In this document: positions 18,311-26,680 of the stretch, in pieces | How positions within the stretch are numbered: the first letter of the stretch is position 1 | How the letters are laid out: every line of letters begins with the position of its first letter | IMG/VR virus record: IMGVR_UViG_3300026302_000005 | Location: 209,301 to 273,300 of that record | Strand: one strand, 5' to 3' | Length of the DNA: 64,000 nucleotides | Source: a virus | Lineage: Duplodnaviria; Heunggongvirae; Uroviricota; Caudoviricetes | Position numbers and translations under genes: made by a program | Notes under the pieces: generated by a model | What the model was told of the DNA's origin: nothing | Database searches by the model: none | What the model saw: only the letters and a program-made list of their open reading frames with translations

Positions 18311-18409
18311 TCACGGATTGTTTCTGCCGAACATGCTGGTCTTCTTGAACTCGTCCATTCCCACCTGCCGGATTGCCTGTAGAAATGCCTGATACAGAGC
18401 GTCTTTCAT
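18311..18409 (-). CDS. Small ORF, 32 aa, inside the tRNA cluster (MKDALYQAF...)
   Basis: GAGGA SD; hand translation. Confidence 0.5.
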   Translation of the reverse strand: MKDALYQAFLQAIRQVGMDEFKKTSMFGRNNP

Positions 18410-18423
18410 GTTCGTCCTCGCTT

Positions 18424-18506
18424 TGGAGAACCGGTGGGGAGTCGAACCCCTTGACCATGGATTAAAAGCCCATTGCCAGTCCACACCGACTTTCGTCTAC
18501 CGGTCC
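18424..18506 (-). tRNA. Atypical tRNA-Lys(UUU)
   Basis: Acceptor GGACCGG/CCGGTTC, T-loop TTCGACT, enlarged D region, 8-nt anticodon loop CTTTTAAT. Confidence 0.65.
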
Positions 18507-18511
18507 AATTT

Positions 18512-18586
18512 TGGTAGTCCCAGATGGTCTCGAACCATCGACCCCAGTCTTATCAGGACTGTGCTCTACCCCTGAGCTATGGGACT
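18512..18586 (-). tRNA. tRNA-Ile(GAU)
   Basis: Canonical cloverleaf, loop CT-GAT-AA, CCA. Confidence 0.92.
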
Positions 18587-18596
18587 ATAAAGTGCT

Positions 18597-18671
18597 TGGT
18601 GAACCGGGAGAATTTTGAAATCTCGACCTTGGGTTTAAGAGACCCCTGCTCTGCCTCTGAGCTACCGGTCC
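18597..18671 (-). tRNA. tRNA-Lys(CUU)
   Basis: Loop CT-CTT-AA, CCA; T-arm GAGAT-TTCAAAA-TTCTC is slightly unusual. Confidence 0.85.
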
Positions 18672-18880
18672 ACGAAGCACTCTACTTGTATATCACCTCG
18701 GCGTAGATGCGTTGGTAATACTCATCTTCTTCACGCTCCCCGAGTTTTCGGATCAATCCCTGGTGGGTTTTCAACCACTTTGGGAAATCCTCATTCCGAG
18801 GGTCTTCATACATTCGCCGATACAGATCGACGATGTGGTTCAGGCGTTATGCGTGGTCAATTCGTTATCCTCCAGAAGTT

Positions 18881-18956
18881 TGGTGTCCCCAGCAGGATTC
18901 GAACCTGCGACCTTCGGTTTCGTAGACCGACGCTCTATCCGCTGAGCTATGGGGAC
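18881..18956 (-). tRNA. tRNA-Arg(ACG)
   Basis: Canonical; GGATA D-loop; loop CT-ACG-AA; CCA. Confidence 0.95.
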
Positions 18957-18966
18957 AATTTGATTT

Positions 18967-19042
18967 TGGAGCCCCTGGCAGGAATCGAACCCGCGACCTG
19001 ATCGTTCGAAGCGACCCGCTCTATCCACTGAGCTACAGAGGC
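18967..19042 (-). tRNA. tRNA-Arg(UCG)
   Basis: Canonical; loop CT-TCG-AA; CCA. Confidence 0.93.
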
Positions 19043-19121
19043 ATGTTGGTTTGGAACTGTGTTGAGGGTGTATCACACACGGGTTCCGGAGGCTTGTGGC
19101 TCTCCGGATAAGAGAGCAGCA

Positions 19122-19169
19122 TCAAGCCTTGGATGTAATCCGGCGCTTTCGTTTGTGCTGCATAGCCAT
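19122..19169 (-). CDS. Leader peptide MAMQHKRKRRITSKA of the Arg/Lys/Ile tRNA operon
   Basis: AAGGA SD 8 nt upstream; codon run AAA CGA AAG CGC CGG ATT. Confidence 0.75.
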   Translation of the reverse strand: MAMQHKRKRRITSKA

Positions 19170-19213
19170 GGTGATGGTCCTTCGGTTGACGGGTGATTCC
19201 GTCCTTGCAACTG

Positions 19214-19242
19214 TATTTAGCGTAGACTGCTCGATCTGTCAA
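19214..19242 (-). promoter_or_regulatory. Promoter of the Arg/Lys/Ile tRNA operon
   Basis: TTGACA-N17-TAAATA. Confidence 0.8.
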
Positions 19243-19298
19243 CACCCAATCGGAAAAAACTTTCAGCCCTACCTCTCGGTGCTCATAACCAGGCTGGA

Positions 19299-20000
19299 TC
19301 ACACTATGGCACCGTGGAACACCTCGTCGTAGGTTTGCACCATGGCATCCAACAGCATCCTCGCGGCAGCAGCCTCGTCCCACTCTGGGTAGAACTGTGA
19401 GAGAGGTATCAGATCGGGTATCATTCCTATATGCCGGAAGAAGCTATCAAGCTGATTGTAGTGCAGATCGTGACGATCACTAGATGGGAAGTAGGACCGA
19501 AGCAGCAGAAGCTGATGATGTGTCCGAGCCACATACATAGTGCGTTCCATATTCGGGACCAGGTGGGTAGGCCATTCGATTTCATCCCGGGGTTGATCCG
19601 GTGGTGTATACGACGGCATCTGGTGTTTCCTGGTCTCTGCAAACACCATCACGCTTTTGAGTGTGTCCAACGGATTACGATGAACAAATATGGGTTGGTA
19701 TTTTTTGCTTTGAATGAATGCAGCCAGATACGGGTATAGCCACGTCTGGTTTGTTTGACGAACTGTGATTTTATGGGGGTGCCTCAGACCATCCTCGTTG
19801 GTCTTGTTCCACTTTGCCTCGGTCCACTCCAGAAATGCAGCCGGAGAACTATCATCAGCTTCTGCAAACAATTCACCCTGATACAACCCACCAATAGCCC
19901 GAGCTATGGTGGTGACTAGAACTGTAGTTCCAGATCGACCCGTGCCAATTATGATGTAGTCCTGAGATGGATCATACCACGAAAAGTTATCGGAAAACAT
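19299..20000 (-). CDS. Sulfotransferase-family protein
   Basis: IIGTGRSGTT (5'-PSB loop) and VHRNPLDTLKS (3'-PB motif). Confidence 0.75.
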   Translation of the reverse strand: MFSDNFSWYDPSQDYIIIGTGRSGTTVLVTTIARAIGGLYQGELFAEADDSSPAAFLEWTEAKWNKTNEDGLRHPHKITVRQTNQTWLYPYLAAFIQSKKYQPIFVHRNPLDTLKSVMVFAETRKHQMPSYTPPDQPRDEIEWPTHLVPNMERTMYVARTHHQLLLLRSYFPSSDRHDLHYNQLDSFFRHIGMIPDLIPLSQFYPEWDEAAAARMLLDAMVQTYDEVFHGAIV

Positions 20001-20026
20001 AATTCACCATCACCCGCATGCGCCCC

Positions 20027-20635
20027 TCAGGTCCACAAAGACTTGCGAAGCTTTACAATCTCCAATATAGCCGCATCGCGGCGGAGATCAATCTCTGCAC
20101 TGATAGCCATGGCCTGCTCATACAGGGGTTTCTGATGTGGTGGGCGAACAATCTGATGCACCACCGCGTTGTTCGGTCCAACCTCAACCTTGCGGGTTCT
20201 CGGAACATCCTTATTGGCGTCCCGCCATTGGTTCAGCAGATCAGCCTTTCGAGCCTCCATCTCAGGTTCACCCCGAGTGAACCATTCATAAAGCTCGATG
20301 ACCTTTTCGGTAGTTTCGATCTGCGGTCGAACATCCGTCAGGTCTTCTTCCCACGAAGCACGGATGCCCACCAGATACGCATGGAGTTGAATCAATCCGC
20401 CCATTTCGTCTTCTACGTATCGACGGAGAAGCTTGATCAATGCGGCTTCCATGATCGCATCGATGTCGTAGTATGCGGGTTTCAGATCGGTCCGGATGAT
20501 GTGGTATTGATGTCGTGGCATCAGGCGATACACCACCGACCATGAGAGGTCGTTGGCTCGACGAACAGCTTTGCGAAGCCACTTAGGCCCCCGCTGTGGC
20601 CATTCCAAATACCGCTGGAGCCACGAAAGAATCAC
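20027..20635 (-). CDS. Conserved phage hypothetical protein, 202 aa
   Basis: Coupled ORF ending L..I.K.R..LWT. Confidence 0.75.
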   Translation of the reverse strand: MILSWLQRYLEWPQRGPKWLRKAVRRANDLSWSVVYRLMPRHQYHIIRTDLKPAYYDIDAIMEAALIKLLRRYVEDEMGGLIQLHAYLVGIRASWEEDLTDVRPQIETTEKVIELYEWFTRGEPEMEARKADLLNQWRDANKDVPRTRKVEVGPNNAVVHQIVRPPHQKPLYEQAMAISAEIDLRRDAAILEIVKLRKSLWT

Positions 20636-21018
20636 TGCGTGTCACCACCCATTGGGGCAACCGGGCGGTCCTCGACGCTGAGAAGGGTGCGAGTCCCATC
20701 CACAAGGTTGACCACCCACACCTGACCATAGCCGTTGATGAAGCCTTTCATGCAATCATCGATGCTGCTGGTCTGCTCCTGTTGGCAAATGGTGGTTGCG
20801 GCCTGCATCATCTCGTTGTCTGGGGCTGTATCTCGGACGGTCACCAACTGGTATTGAACCTCGTTGGTGGCTCGGAGGATTTCCCCGTCGAGAACATCGC
20901 CGTGACCCCACCATTTGCCAAGCTCGAACGTGCCTATGATGGCGATGATCCCGACAATCGTGATCACTCCCGGTTTGAAGAAGTCCTCAAAGGACCAGGG
21001 TGCTTTGTATTCAGCCAT
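20632..21018 (-). CDS. Membrane-anchored hypothetical protein
   Basis: N-terminal TMD. Confidence 0.7.
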   Translation of the reverse strand: MAEYKAPWSFEDFFKPGVITIVGIIAIIGTFELGKWWGHGDVLDGEILRATNEVQYQLVTVRDTAPDNEMMQAATTICQQEQTSSIDDCMKGFINGYGQVWVVNLVDGTRTLLSVEDRPVAPMGGDTQ

Positions 21019-21307
21019 TTGCGATTTCCGTTCCTACGGCGGCATCCCGCCATTGCGTTGTGAATGGTGTTAGGCGTTTATGGTTGCTCGGCCAGTCATT
21101 TTGGTCGAGGTCGGTAACCACCCCACACACCGGGCATTTGAACCCCACGGCGGGATCGCTGTCACCCCAGGAACCAGTATCGCTACCCTCCCAGAAACGC
21201 AGATCATCCCGGGATACCCGCAGGAGAGAACCGCATCCTTTTCCGCCGTTTCCCTTGCCAGTGCAAGAGACGTCCATAGTTGGATATTTACGTTCCAGAA
21301 CTTCCAT
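21011..21307 (-). CDS. Zn-ribbon protein
   Basis: C..GCG and CPVCG. Confidence 0.7.
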   Translation of the reverse strand: MEVLERKYPTMDVSCTGKGNGGKGCGSLLRVSRDDLRFWEGSDTGSWGDSDPAVGFKCPVCGVVTDLDQNDWPSNHKRLTPFTTQWRDAAVGTEIANG

Positions 21308-21316
21308 AGTCGATCC

Positions 21317-22231
21317 TCAATACCAGGTCTTGGTGCAGGTGATATCCACCGGTGATACACAAGTTTCGGCACCACATGTGATGGGTTCTATCGGAAACCG
21401 GACGATCTGGTCCCTGACGTTTCCGAGCCGCCCACCCTCACGACACCACCCACGAGATATATCCCCGTTCGTGCGGATGACTATCATCTCCAGACCAATA
21501 TTACAAGTCCAATCTCTCCAATGGTTGAGATTTTCTGCAATGATTCTATCAGGTGTCATGGTGATCTGTTGGTCTGGATAGATCACGGACATTGCACCGC
21601 GATAGGATTGATGCATGCGGGTGCGACTCTTGACGATTAGGTCTTGGATCAAAATGTTACCGGCATCAATGTCAGTCCGTTGCTGCTCAGTCGGAACTTC
21701 TCCGGGAATCAGGTTCAACCCCATCGTGATGTTCCGACACTTCGCTGCAATCTCTTTGGAGATGCGAAGCGCATTGGTGATGTCAGTCAAGGCGAACTCT
21801 ATGTTGACATGTATGTCAACACGATCCGAGGACGTGGATAGCCCTTCGATGAGATGTTCCGGATCATGTTGGTCTACTCGGAACGCCACCACCGCACGGT
21901 TGAGAACATCCCGAACACCAATCCAGAAATCAGCGGTGGGCTCGTGTTGGATATAAACTCCGGTGTAGACTCCGATGGATCGAAGATACGTCAACACCGG
22001 GATAACACGGTGGGATCGAATCAGATTTGACCCGGAGAATTCCACGAATGGAGTCTTCCCCAGGGTATGCCGGTAGTGATGCACCATATCGGAGCAGAAC
22101 CGAATCAGGTCTGGTTCTGGTGCAATTGGATCATCCTGGTCGTCGGAATAATCCCCCAACGACCAGTTGACCACAAAAATGCTGGCATGATCCGGTGACG
22201 CATGCCGGATAGCTTCTGCTTCTTCCATCAA
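21317..22231 (-). CDS. Degenerate radical-SAM-like protein with a SPASM/twitch-like C-terminus
   Basis: FSGSN..; WTCNIG..I..NGDI.RGWC..C....C...DI; CxxxCxxC absent. Confidence 0.55.
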   Translation of the reverse strand: MMEEAEAIRHASPDHASIFVVNWSLGDYSDDQDDPIAPEPDLIRFCSDMVHHYRHTLGKTPFVEFSGSNLIRSHRVIPVLTYLRSIGVYTGVYIQHEPTADFWIGVRDVLNRAVVAFRVDQHDPEHLIEGLSTSSDRVDIHVNIEFALTDITNALRISKEIAAKCRNITMGLNLIPGEVPTEQQRTDIDAGNILIQDLIVKSRTRMHQSYRGAMSVIYPDQQITMTPDRIIAENLNHWRDWTCNIGLEMIVIRTNGDISRGWCREGGRLGNVRDQIVRFPIEPITCGAETCVSPVDITCTKTWY

Positions 22232-23184
22232 GCACTCTTCTTGGCGCTACGTCCACCCGGGACCGGTCCGGTTCCGGCAATCCACTGATCCAGTTCCTCG
22301 ACCGTGAACCAGCCAAAGTTCACATTGTCCTGGTCCTGTGGGTTCAGCCAGTAGATCACCGGGTGGATGGTCCCCCGAGCGGTTTGCTGTTCCTGATCGA
22401 TTGCCCGGGGTGACAGGGCATAGTAGCTGAACGGGCGGGTCCAGCGATAGCTCTGCACTTCGCCATCCTTGGGCTCACCAGCCGCTTCCAACCGCTTCTT
22501 GATGCCGGTGGCTTCATCCATGGCTTCCAGGTCAAGTCGTTCTTGGTCGGCCTTGGCGAAACCCTCGATGATTTCGGCGGGCATGCGGGAGACGATGCCC
22601 AGGACCAGACCAGCGTTCTCGAACGGGTTATCCGGCATGGTCTTGCCCAGCCAGATGGCCACGTCGTTGTTCTGGAATGCCTCATAGAGGTCCTTGAGGA
22701 ATTCGATCTCTTCCGGCTTGCGGGCGAAGACGGCGAAGTCCCCATCGGACCAGGCCGTGCTGAGCGGCATGCTGTCGATTTCATCAGTCCGACGGACACG
22801 ACCCTTCTCGTCCATCTTGCGAACGTAGCCGGAGTAATCAGCCAGTTCCCGCAGCGATGTGGGATCGAGTTCACGATCTTGATCCCATGTATACTTGTTC
22901 AGGACCAGCAACGTGCCGACAAAGCCGATACGGTCGTGGCTGGTTTTGGCCTTCTTCGCCGGTTTCATGGTGAAGTCGCCGATCATCAGTCGGGTATTGG
23001 TTTTCTGCACCGTGCGACCGACGATCCCGATGGGGTCCCGCCCGATCTTGTTGGTGTCGATGCCAAAGGCACGGTAGGTATCCTTGATACCCCATTCATG
23101 CTCGGCCACGTGATCGGCTCCGAAGTTCAGAGCCACCGGAACCCCATTCAGGGAAAGAATCAGACCATCGTTCGAACGACGCAT
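22228..23184 (-). CDS. Conserved phage hypothetical protein (start MRRSNDG)
   Basis: GGAGG SD; long ORF with high GC3. Confidence 0.75.
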   Translation of the reverse strand: MRRSNDGLILSLNGVPVALNFGADHVAEHEWGIKDTYRAFGIDTNKIGRDPIGIVGRTVQKTNTRLMIGDFTMKPAKKAKTSHDRIGFVGTLLVLNKYTWDQDRELDPTSLRELADYSGYVRKMDEKGRVRRTDEIDSMPLSTAWSDGDFAVFARKPEEIEFLKDLYEAFQNNDVAIWLGKTMPDNPFENAGLVLGIVSRMPAEIIEGFAKADQERLDLEAMDEATGIKKRLEAAGEPKDGEVQSYRWTRPFSYYALSPRAIDQEQQTARGTIHPVIYWLNPQDQDNVNFGWFTVEELDQWIAGTGPVPGGRSAKKSA

Positions 23185-23243
23185 GTGCTGGCCTCCAAGC
23201 CAAAGTTGATGTAGTTCAGCGTTACCAGAGTTACACCGGGCTG

Positions 23244-23609
23244 TCAATCACCTTTTCTACGAGATATCCAGGTGGTCGCACGATCACTGATACCACCATA
23301 GGGTTCAATCGTATACGATCCTTGTCCGAGCCCTTTCATGAGACGGTCGGCCACATCGAACGCCATTTGGGTCAGTCTCTCAAACGATGAGGGGAACCGT
23401 GGGTAGTTTATGATCGTCGCAACAAATCCGGCTTCTTCTCCACCGGAGTAGATGTAATCGGTTCGGTGGAGACTGATGCAGGCACCGTTCTCGGAACAGT
23501 AGTCCCGGCACAGGCGACGAGCCGTATCATAGTCACCGGCCATGTGGATGTGGTATCCAAATGTCTGTGCCGTCTTGATGGTGGGGGTTTCCGCGAATGG
23601 ACCGGTCAT
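23244..23609 (-). CDS. Hypothetical protein, 121 aa
   Basis: YIYSGGEEAGF...INYPRFP motif; coupled. Confidence 0.75.
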   Translation of the reverse strand: MTGPFAETPTIKTAQTFGYHIHMAGDYDTARRLCRDYCSENGACISLHRTDYIYSGGEEAGFVATIINYPRFPSSFERLTQMAFDVADRLMKGLGQGSYTIEPYGGISDRATTWISRRKGD

Positions 23610-24235
23610 GCCGCCATCTCCAGTTGATCCAGACTTTCGTATGCTTCCAGGAAGCGTTCTTCGGCGTATTCCGGAGACCAGCTAGGCATGCTGTCCCAGT
23701 TCAGCCTGGGGGGAAGTCCAGTCATGACCGCCTGATCGCCGGTGTAGATGTATTCCCCATCGACCCATACATAAGCACCGTGCGTCTGAAACAGCAAGGG
23801 CATTTCCGTGGCCAGCATGGTTTCGTCGATGAATTTCACAGCCGGAGATTTCTTCTGCGGGATGTTCAGGATCGGATGCAATTGCCGTTCGATCATGTGC
23901 TCGAACTCCGAGAGAGCCGGAATCAGCATCTTGTAGGGTCGAGGAAAATCCACTCCCAGGTAAGCTTCGACCGCATCATGCAGGAGAGCTTCCCGCTTAT
24001 CTTCGGGGCGAGCCATCTCCCAGCAGTAGACGGAGTGTTGTCCGACCGAATATCGGAAATCCGCTTGTCCACCATACCGGCAAATCATCGACAGCCCATG
24101 GGCGATGTCGCGAATATCCACATCTTCCGGACGGATGTCCTGGGGGTAGAATGCTTTGCCGGTCCATGTATGGATCGCATACCCTCGTTGTGGATCATAA
24201 ATGCAGCCTGATGCTTCGGCCATGTAATACCTCAT
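23606..24235 (-). CDS. HD-domain phosphohydrolase (YfbR-like 5'-deoxynucleotidase)
   Basis: IAHGLS..CRYGG, YSVGQHS, ALLHDAVEAY. Confidence 0.88.
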   Translation of the reverse strand: MRYYMAEASGCIYDPQRGYAIHTWTGKAFYPQDIRPEDVDIRDIAHGLSMICRYGGQADFRYSVGQHSVYCWEMARPEDKREALLHDAVEAYLGVDFPRPYKMLIPALSEFEHMIERQLHPILNIPQKKSPAVKFIDETMLATEMPLLFQTHGAYVWVDGEYIYTGDQAVMTGLPPRLNWDSMPSWSPEYAEERFLEAYESLDQLEMAA

Positions 24236-24285
24236 GAACCCGAACTGTTCGGGAAACCCCTACATGGGTGTTGTCCATAAAGGTT

Positions 24286-24603
24286 TCAAGGGGTTTTTAC
24301 AGTGATGGCCTGCGGGGGTGATTCGGAGGGAGGTTGCTCGGATTGTTCCGGCTGAGCCATGGCTTGCTGTTGCTGTAGATCACTGGCCTGCATCATGTTC
24401 AGGAACATCGGGCTGAGTAGTGTCCGATACTGTATGTCATCCAGTCGTTCGCGAAGGATGTTCAATGCCATCCACACGTCCGGTGGAACGTCGGTGGCCT
24501 CGTCGAGGCCCTCAACAATCTGATCAAGGCAGTCGTTAATGTCGAACAGGTCCAACGAAGACGCCTGGGATATGATAGTCGCCATGGTGTGTGTATTGCT
24601 CAT
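24286..24603 (-). CDS. Late hypothetical protein, 105 aa
   Basis: TAAATA-N5-ATG. Confidence 0.65.
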   Translation of the reverse strand: MSNTHTMATIISQASSLDLFDINDCLDQIVEGLDEATDVPPDVWMALNILRERLDDIQYRTLLSPMFLNMMQASDLQQQQAMAQPEQSEQPPSESPPQAITVKTP

Positions 24604-24608
24604 ACCGG

Positions 24609-24636
24609 TATTTAACGGACTGCTGACTCATAAATA
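24609..24636. promoter_or_regulatory. Back-to-back TAAATA late motifs, each 5 nt from an ATG
   Basis: Minus 24609-24614; plus 24631-24636. Confidence 0.65.
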
Positions 24637-24641
24637 CGAGT

Positions 24642-25550
24642 ATGAAACTAAATGGTATCACCGAGGGTTTGTCCCCGATCCTGTATCACTTCACCAGCCT
24701 CTATGGAGCCGCTCGTATCGCTTCGGAGGATCGCTTTCGATTGTCTGCAAGCTTTGCCAACCCCAGCGAGCGAGAAATGGGCCAGGACAAGCTGTTCTTC
24801 CTCAGCACCACCCGATCCGCCAGTGGGGGTTATACCCGAAGAAGCACCTACCAGCGTAACGTGGTGTTGAAACTGGATGGTCGTAAACTGGCACAGCGGT
24901 ATTCGGGACGTCCGGTTCAGTATTTCAGTCGATCCATGATTCGGGTAGACCCCAACTATGACGAAACCGAAGACCGCATATTCGCGGATACTCCGTTCAT
25001 CAAAGATGCGGTATCCTACATCCTGGAAGCCCACGTGTTGGTTGCGGATCAGCAGCTTGAAGATCGAGATCGACAAGCGTTGCTTCGGTTGAAGCTGCGG
25101 AAGATACCGACGTATCTGTATCAGGATGAGAACGCATTCCTCCTTCAAGATACCCGCAAGGCAGTATCGCTGGATGCCTATCAGATGAAGCCTGCGGACA
25201 AGCAACCGAACTACTCTCGGTATGACAGTCGTGCATCTCGAAAGCAGGAATATCGGCGATCTGGTAGTGACAAACTCCAATATGGGATTCAGCGTTGGAT
25301 CGAGTTCATGACCAGACCGGTCGAACAGTTCGAGACCATGCATTATAGCAAGAAGCAACTCATTCGAGAATTGGTTCGTGGCTATACTAGGGATGCCAAA
25401 GAGACGTTGGGTGCTGATCTACACAATGCCAAGAACGATGCATCATGGACATCCAGGCTGGCACCGCTGTTCAAGCGGTATGGATTGCGGACGCCAGAGG
25501 ATGTCATTCAGTTCATCGCGAACCGTTGGAAGACTGTGGCGGCAGATTGA
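24642..25550 (+). CDS. Late, probably packaged protein; possible ADP-ribosyltransferase-like fold
   Basis: MKLNGITE start; ILYHFTS ... FFLSTTRS; TAAATA-N5-ATG. Confidence 0.5.
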   Translation: MKLNGITEGLSPILYHFTSLYGAARIASEDRFRLSASFANPSEREMGQDKLFFLSTTRSASGGYTRRSTYQRNVVLKLDGRKLAQRYSGRPVQYFSRSMIRVDPNYDETEDRIFADTPFIKDAVSYILEAHVLVADQQLEDRDRQALLRLKLRKIPTYLYQDENAFLLQDTRKAVSLDAYQMKPADKQPNYSRYDSRASRKQEYRRSGSDKLQYGIQRWIEFMTRPVEQFETMHYSKKQLIRELVRGYTRDAKETLGADLHNAKNDASWTSRLAPLFKRYGLRTPEDVIQFIANRWKTVAAD

Positions 25551-25551
25551 A

Positions 25552-25584
25552 AACGACCGGTGGGGACTGGCCCGACCGGTCGTT
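25552..25584. terminator. Hairpin between convergent genes
   Basis: AACGACCGGT...ACCGGTCGTT, 10-bp stem. Confidence 0.55.
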
Positions 25585-25625
25585 CTGGGAGTGCTGATGG
25601 TGCTTCTACGAGTGGGACCGATCAA

Positions 25626-26228
25626 CTAATTCTTGGTGCTTCCTAGCCGACTACGAATTGTATCTATGTCGATCTCATGTTTTGCAATGACATGAACGAT
25701 TACCCCATTTTGTTCACATACTCGTGATATCTTATCTTCATCTTTTTTGATCAGATAATCATTCTTGGTATCGAAAAATACTGATCCGATTTGAAAATCC
25801 GGGTAATATCGATGATCATTTCCGTCGCCGTCGCACCAGATGAGCGGAGGTGGCCGACGCCATTCAATGTCATGGTCTTCCAATATCGTAGCAAACATCA
25901 CCTCATACGAGGATTGAAGGAATACGATATTACCGTCTTTTCTTTGAAACCGAACCGACCGTTTAGAGGTGTGACCACCCAGACCCCTAGCCTTTGCTAC
26001 CTCAGATAGTCGCTGTCTGGATGCCGATGACCACTGCTGATTCGGAGTTACGGCAGCAATTTTAGCTCTGGTTTCATCCGACATACTATATCCGGGATTA
26101 GACCATTGGTTTGCTTTAGTTTTGTAGGTAAGGGTAATCTTTGCCGGGTTGTCTGCACAATGTCGGGTGTGATTCGAAGCTGAAATTTTACTCTCAAAGC
26201 TCCGACCACAGAACCTACAATCTATCAT
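25626..26228 (-). CDS. Homing-endonuclease-like protein (Zn finger plus PD-(D/E)xK)
   Basis: CRFCGR...H...C; SSYE, YYPDF, FFDTK. Confidence 0.75.
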   Translation of the reverse strand: MIDCRFCGRSFESKISASNHTRHCADNPAKITLTYKTKANQWSNPGYSMSDETRAKIAAVTPNQQWSSASRQRLSEVAKARGLGGHTSKRSVRFQRKDGNIVFLQSSYEVMFATILEDHDIEWRRPPPLIWCDGDGNDHRYYPDFQIGSVFFDTKNDYLIKKDEDKISRVCEQNGVIVHVIAKHEIDIDTIRSRLGSTKN

Positions 26229-26247
26229 GAGACCACGCAGAAAATTT

Positions 26248-26325
26248 TGGTGCCCCAGGAGGGATTCGAACCCCCGACCTTCCGCTTACAAGACGGCTGC
26301 TCTGACCGGACTGAGCTACTAGGGC
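26248..26325 (-). tRNA. tRNA-Thr(UGU)
   Basis: Cloverleaf; loop CT-TGT-AA; CCA. Confidence 0.93.
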
Positions 26326-26338
26326 GATGCAAGGGTAT

Positions 26339-26680
26339 TTAGGCTTCTTCGGTGCCTTTGTCAACACCAATGTATTCGGGCCAGTCCGAAAAGTCCCCGA
26401 CATCCCAATCGCGGATGAAATACACCACCGTGTGATCATCTTCCAGTGGATCATCCGCCAGCTTGAGGGCAAACCGAAATGCCCGCAGTGGATCGCAAGG
26501 ATCGGTCTCCATGGCCGCGATATCCACCACCCCAACGAGTTCATCGGTCGAACCGGGTTCCAGCCATTGGGTGTAGCCATTCTCAATGGCCTTGTCCATG
26601 GACGCAGCATGGATGTAGGTATGATCGATCTTGCCGTTTTTCCGGATCGATACCCGATATTGCTTGAACTCACCAGCCAT
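26339..26680 (-). CDS. Hypothetical protein, 113 aa
   Basis: GGAGG SD; coupled. Confidence 0.75.
   Translation of the reverse strand: MAGEFKQYRVSIRKNGKIDHTYIHAASMDKAIENGYTQWLEPGSTDELVGVVDIAAMETDPCDPLRAFRFALKLADDPLEDDHTVVYFIRDWDVGDFSDWPEYIGVDKGTEEA

Noticed and set aside
18680-18870. Small ORF between tRNA-Arg and tRNA-Lys
   Set aside because: The GGAGG-led TTG frame stops after 6 codons, and the longer frame (..LNHIVDLYRRMYEDP..YK*) lacks a convincing start; left uncalled.
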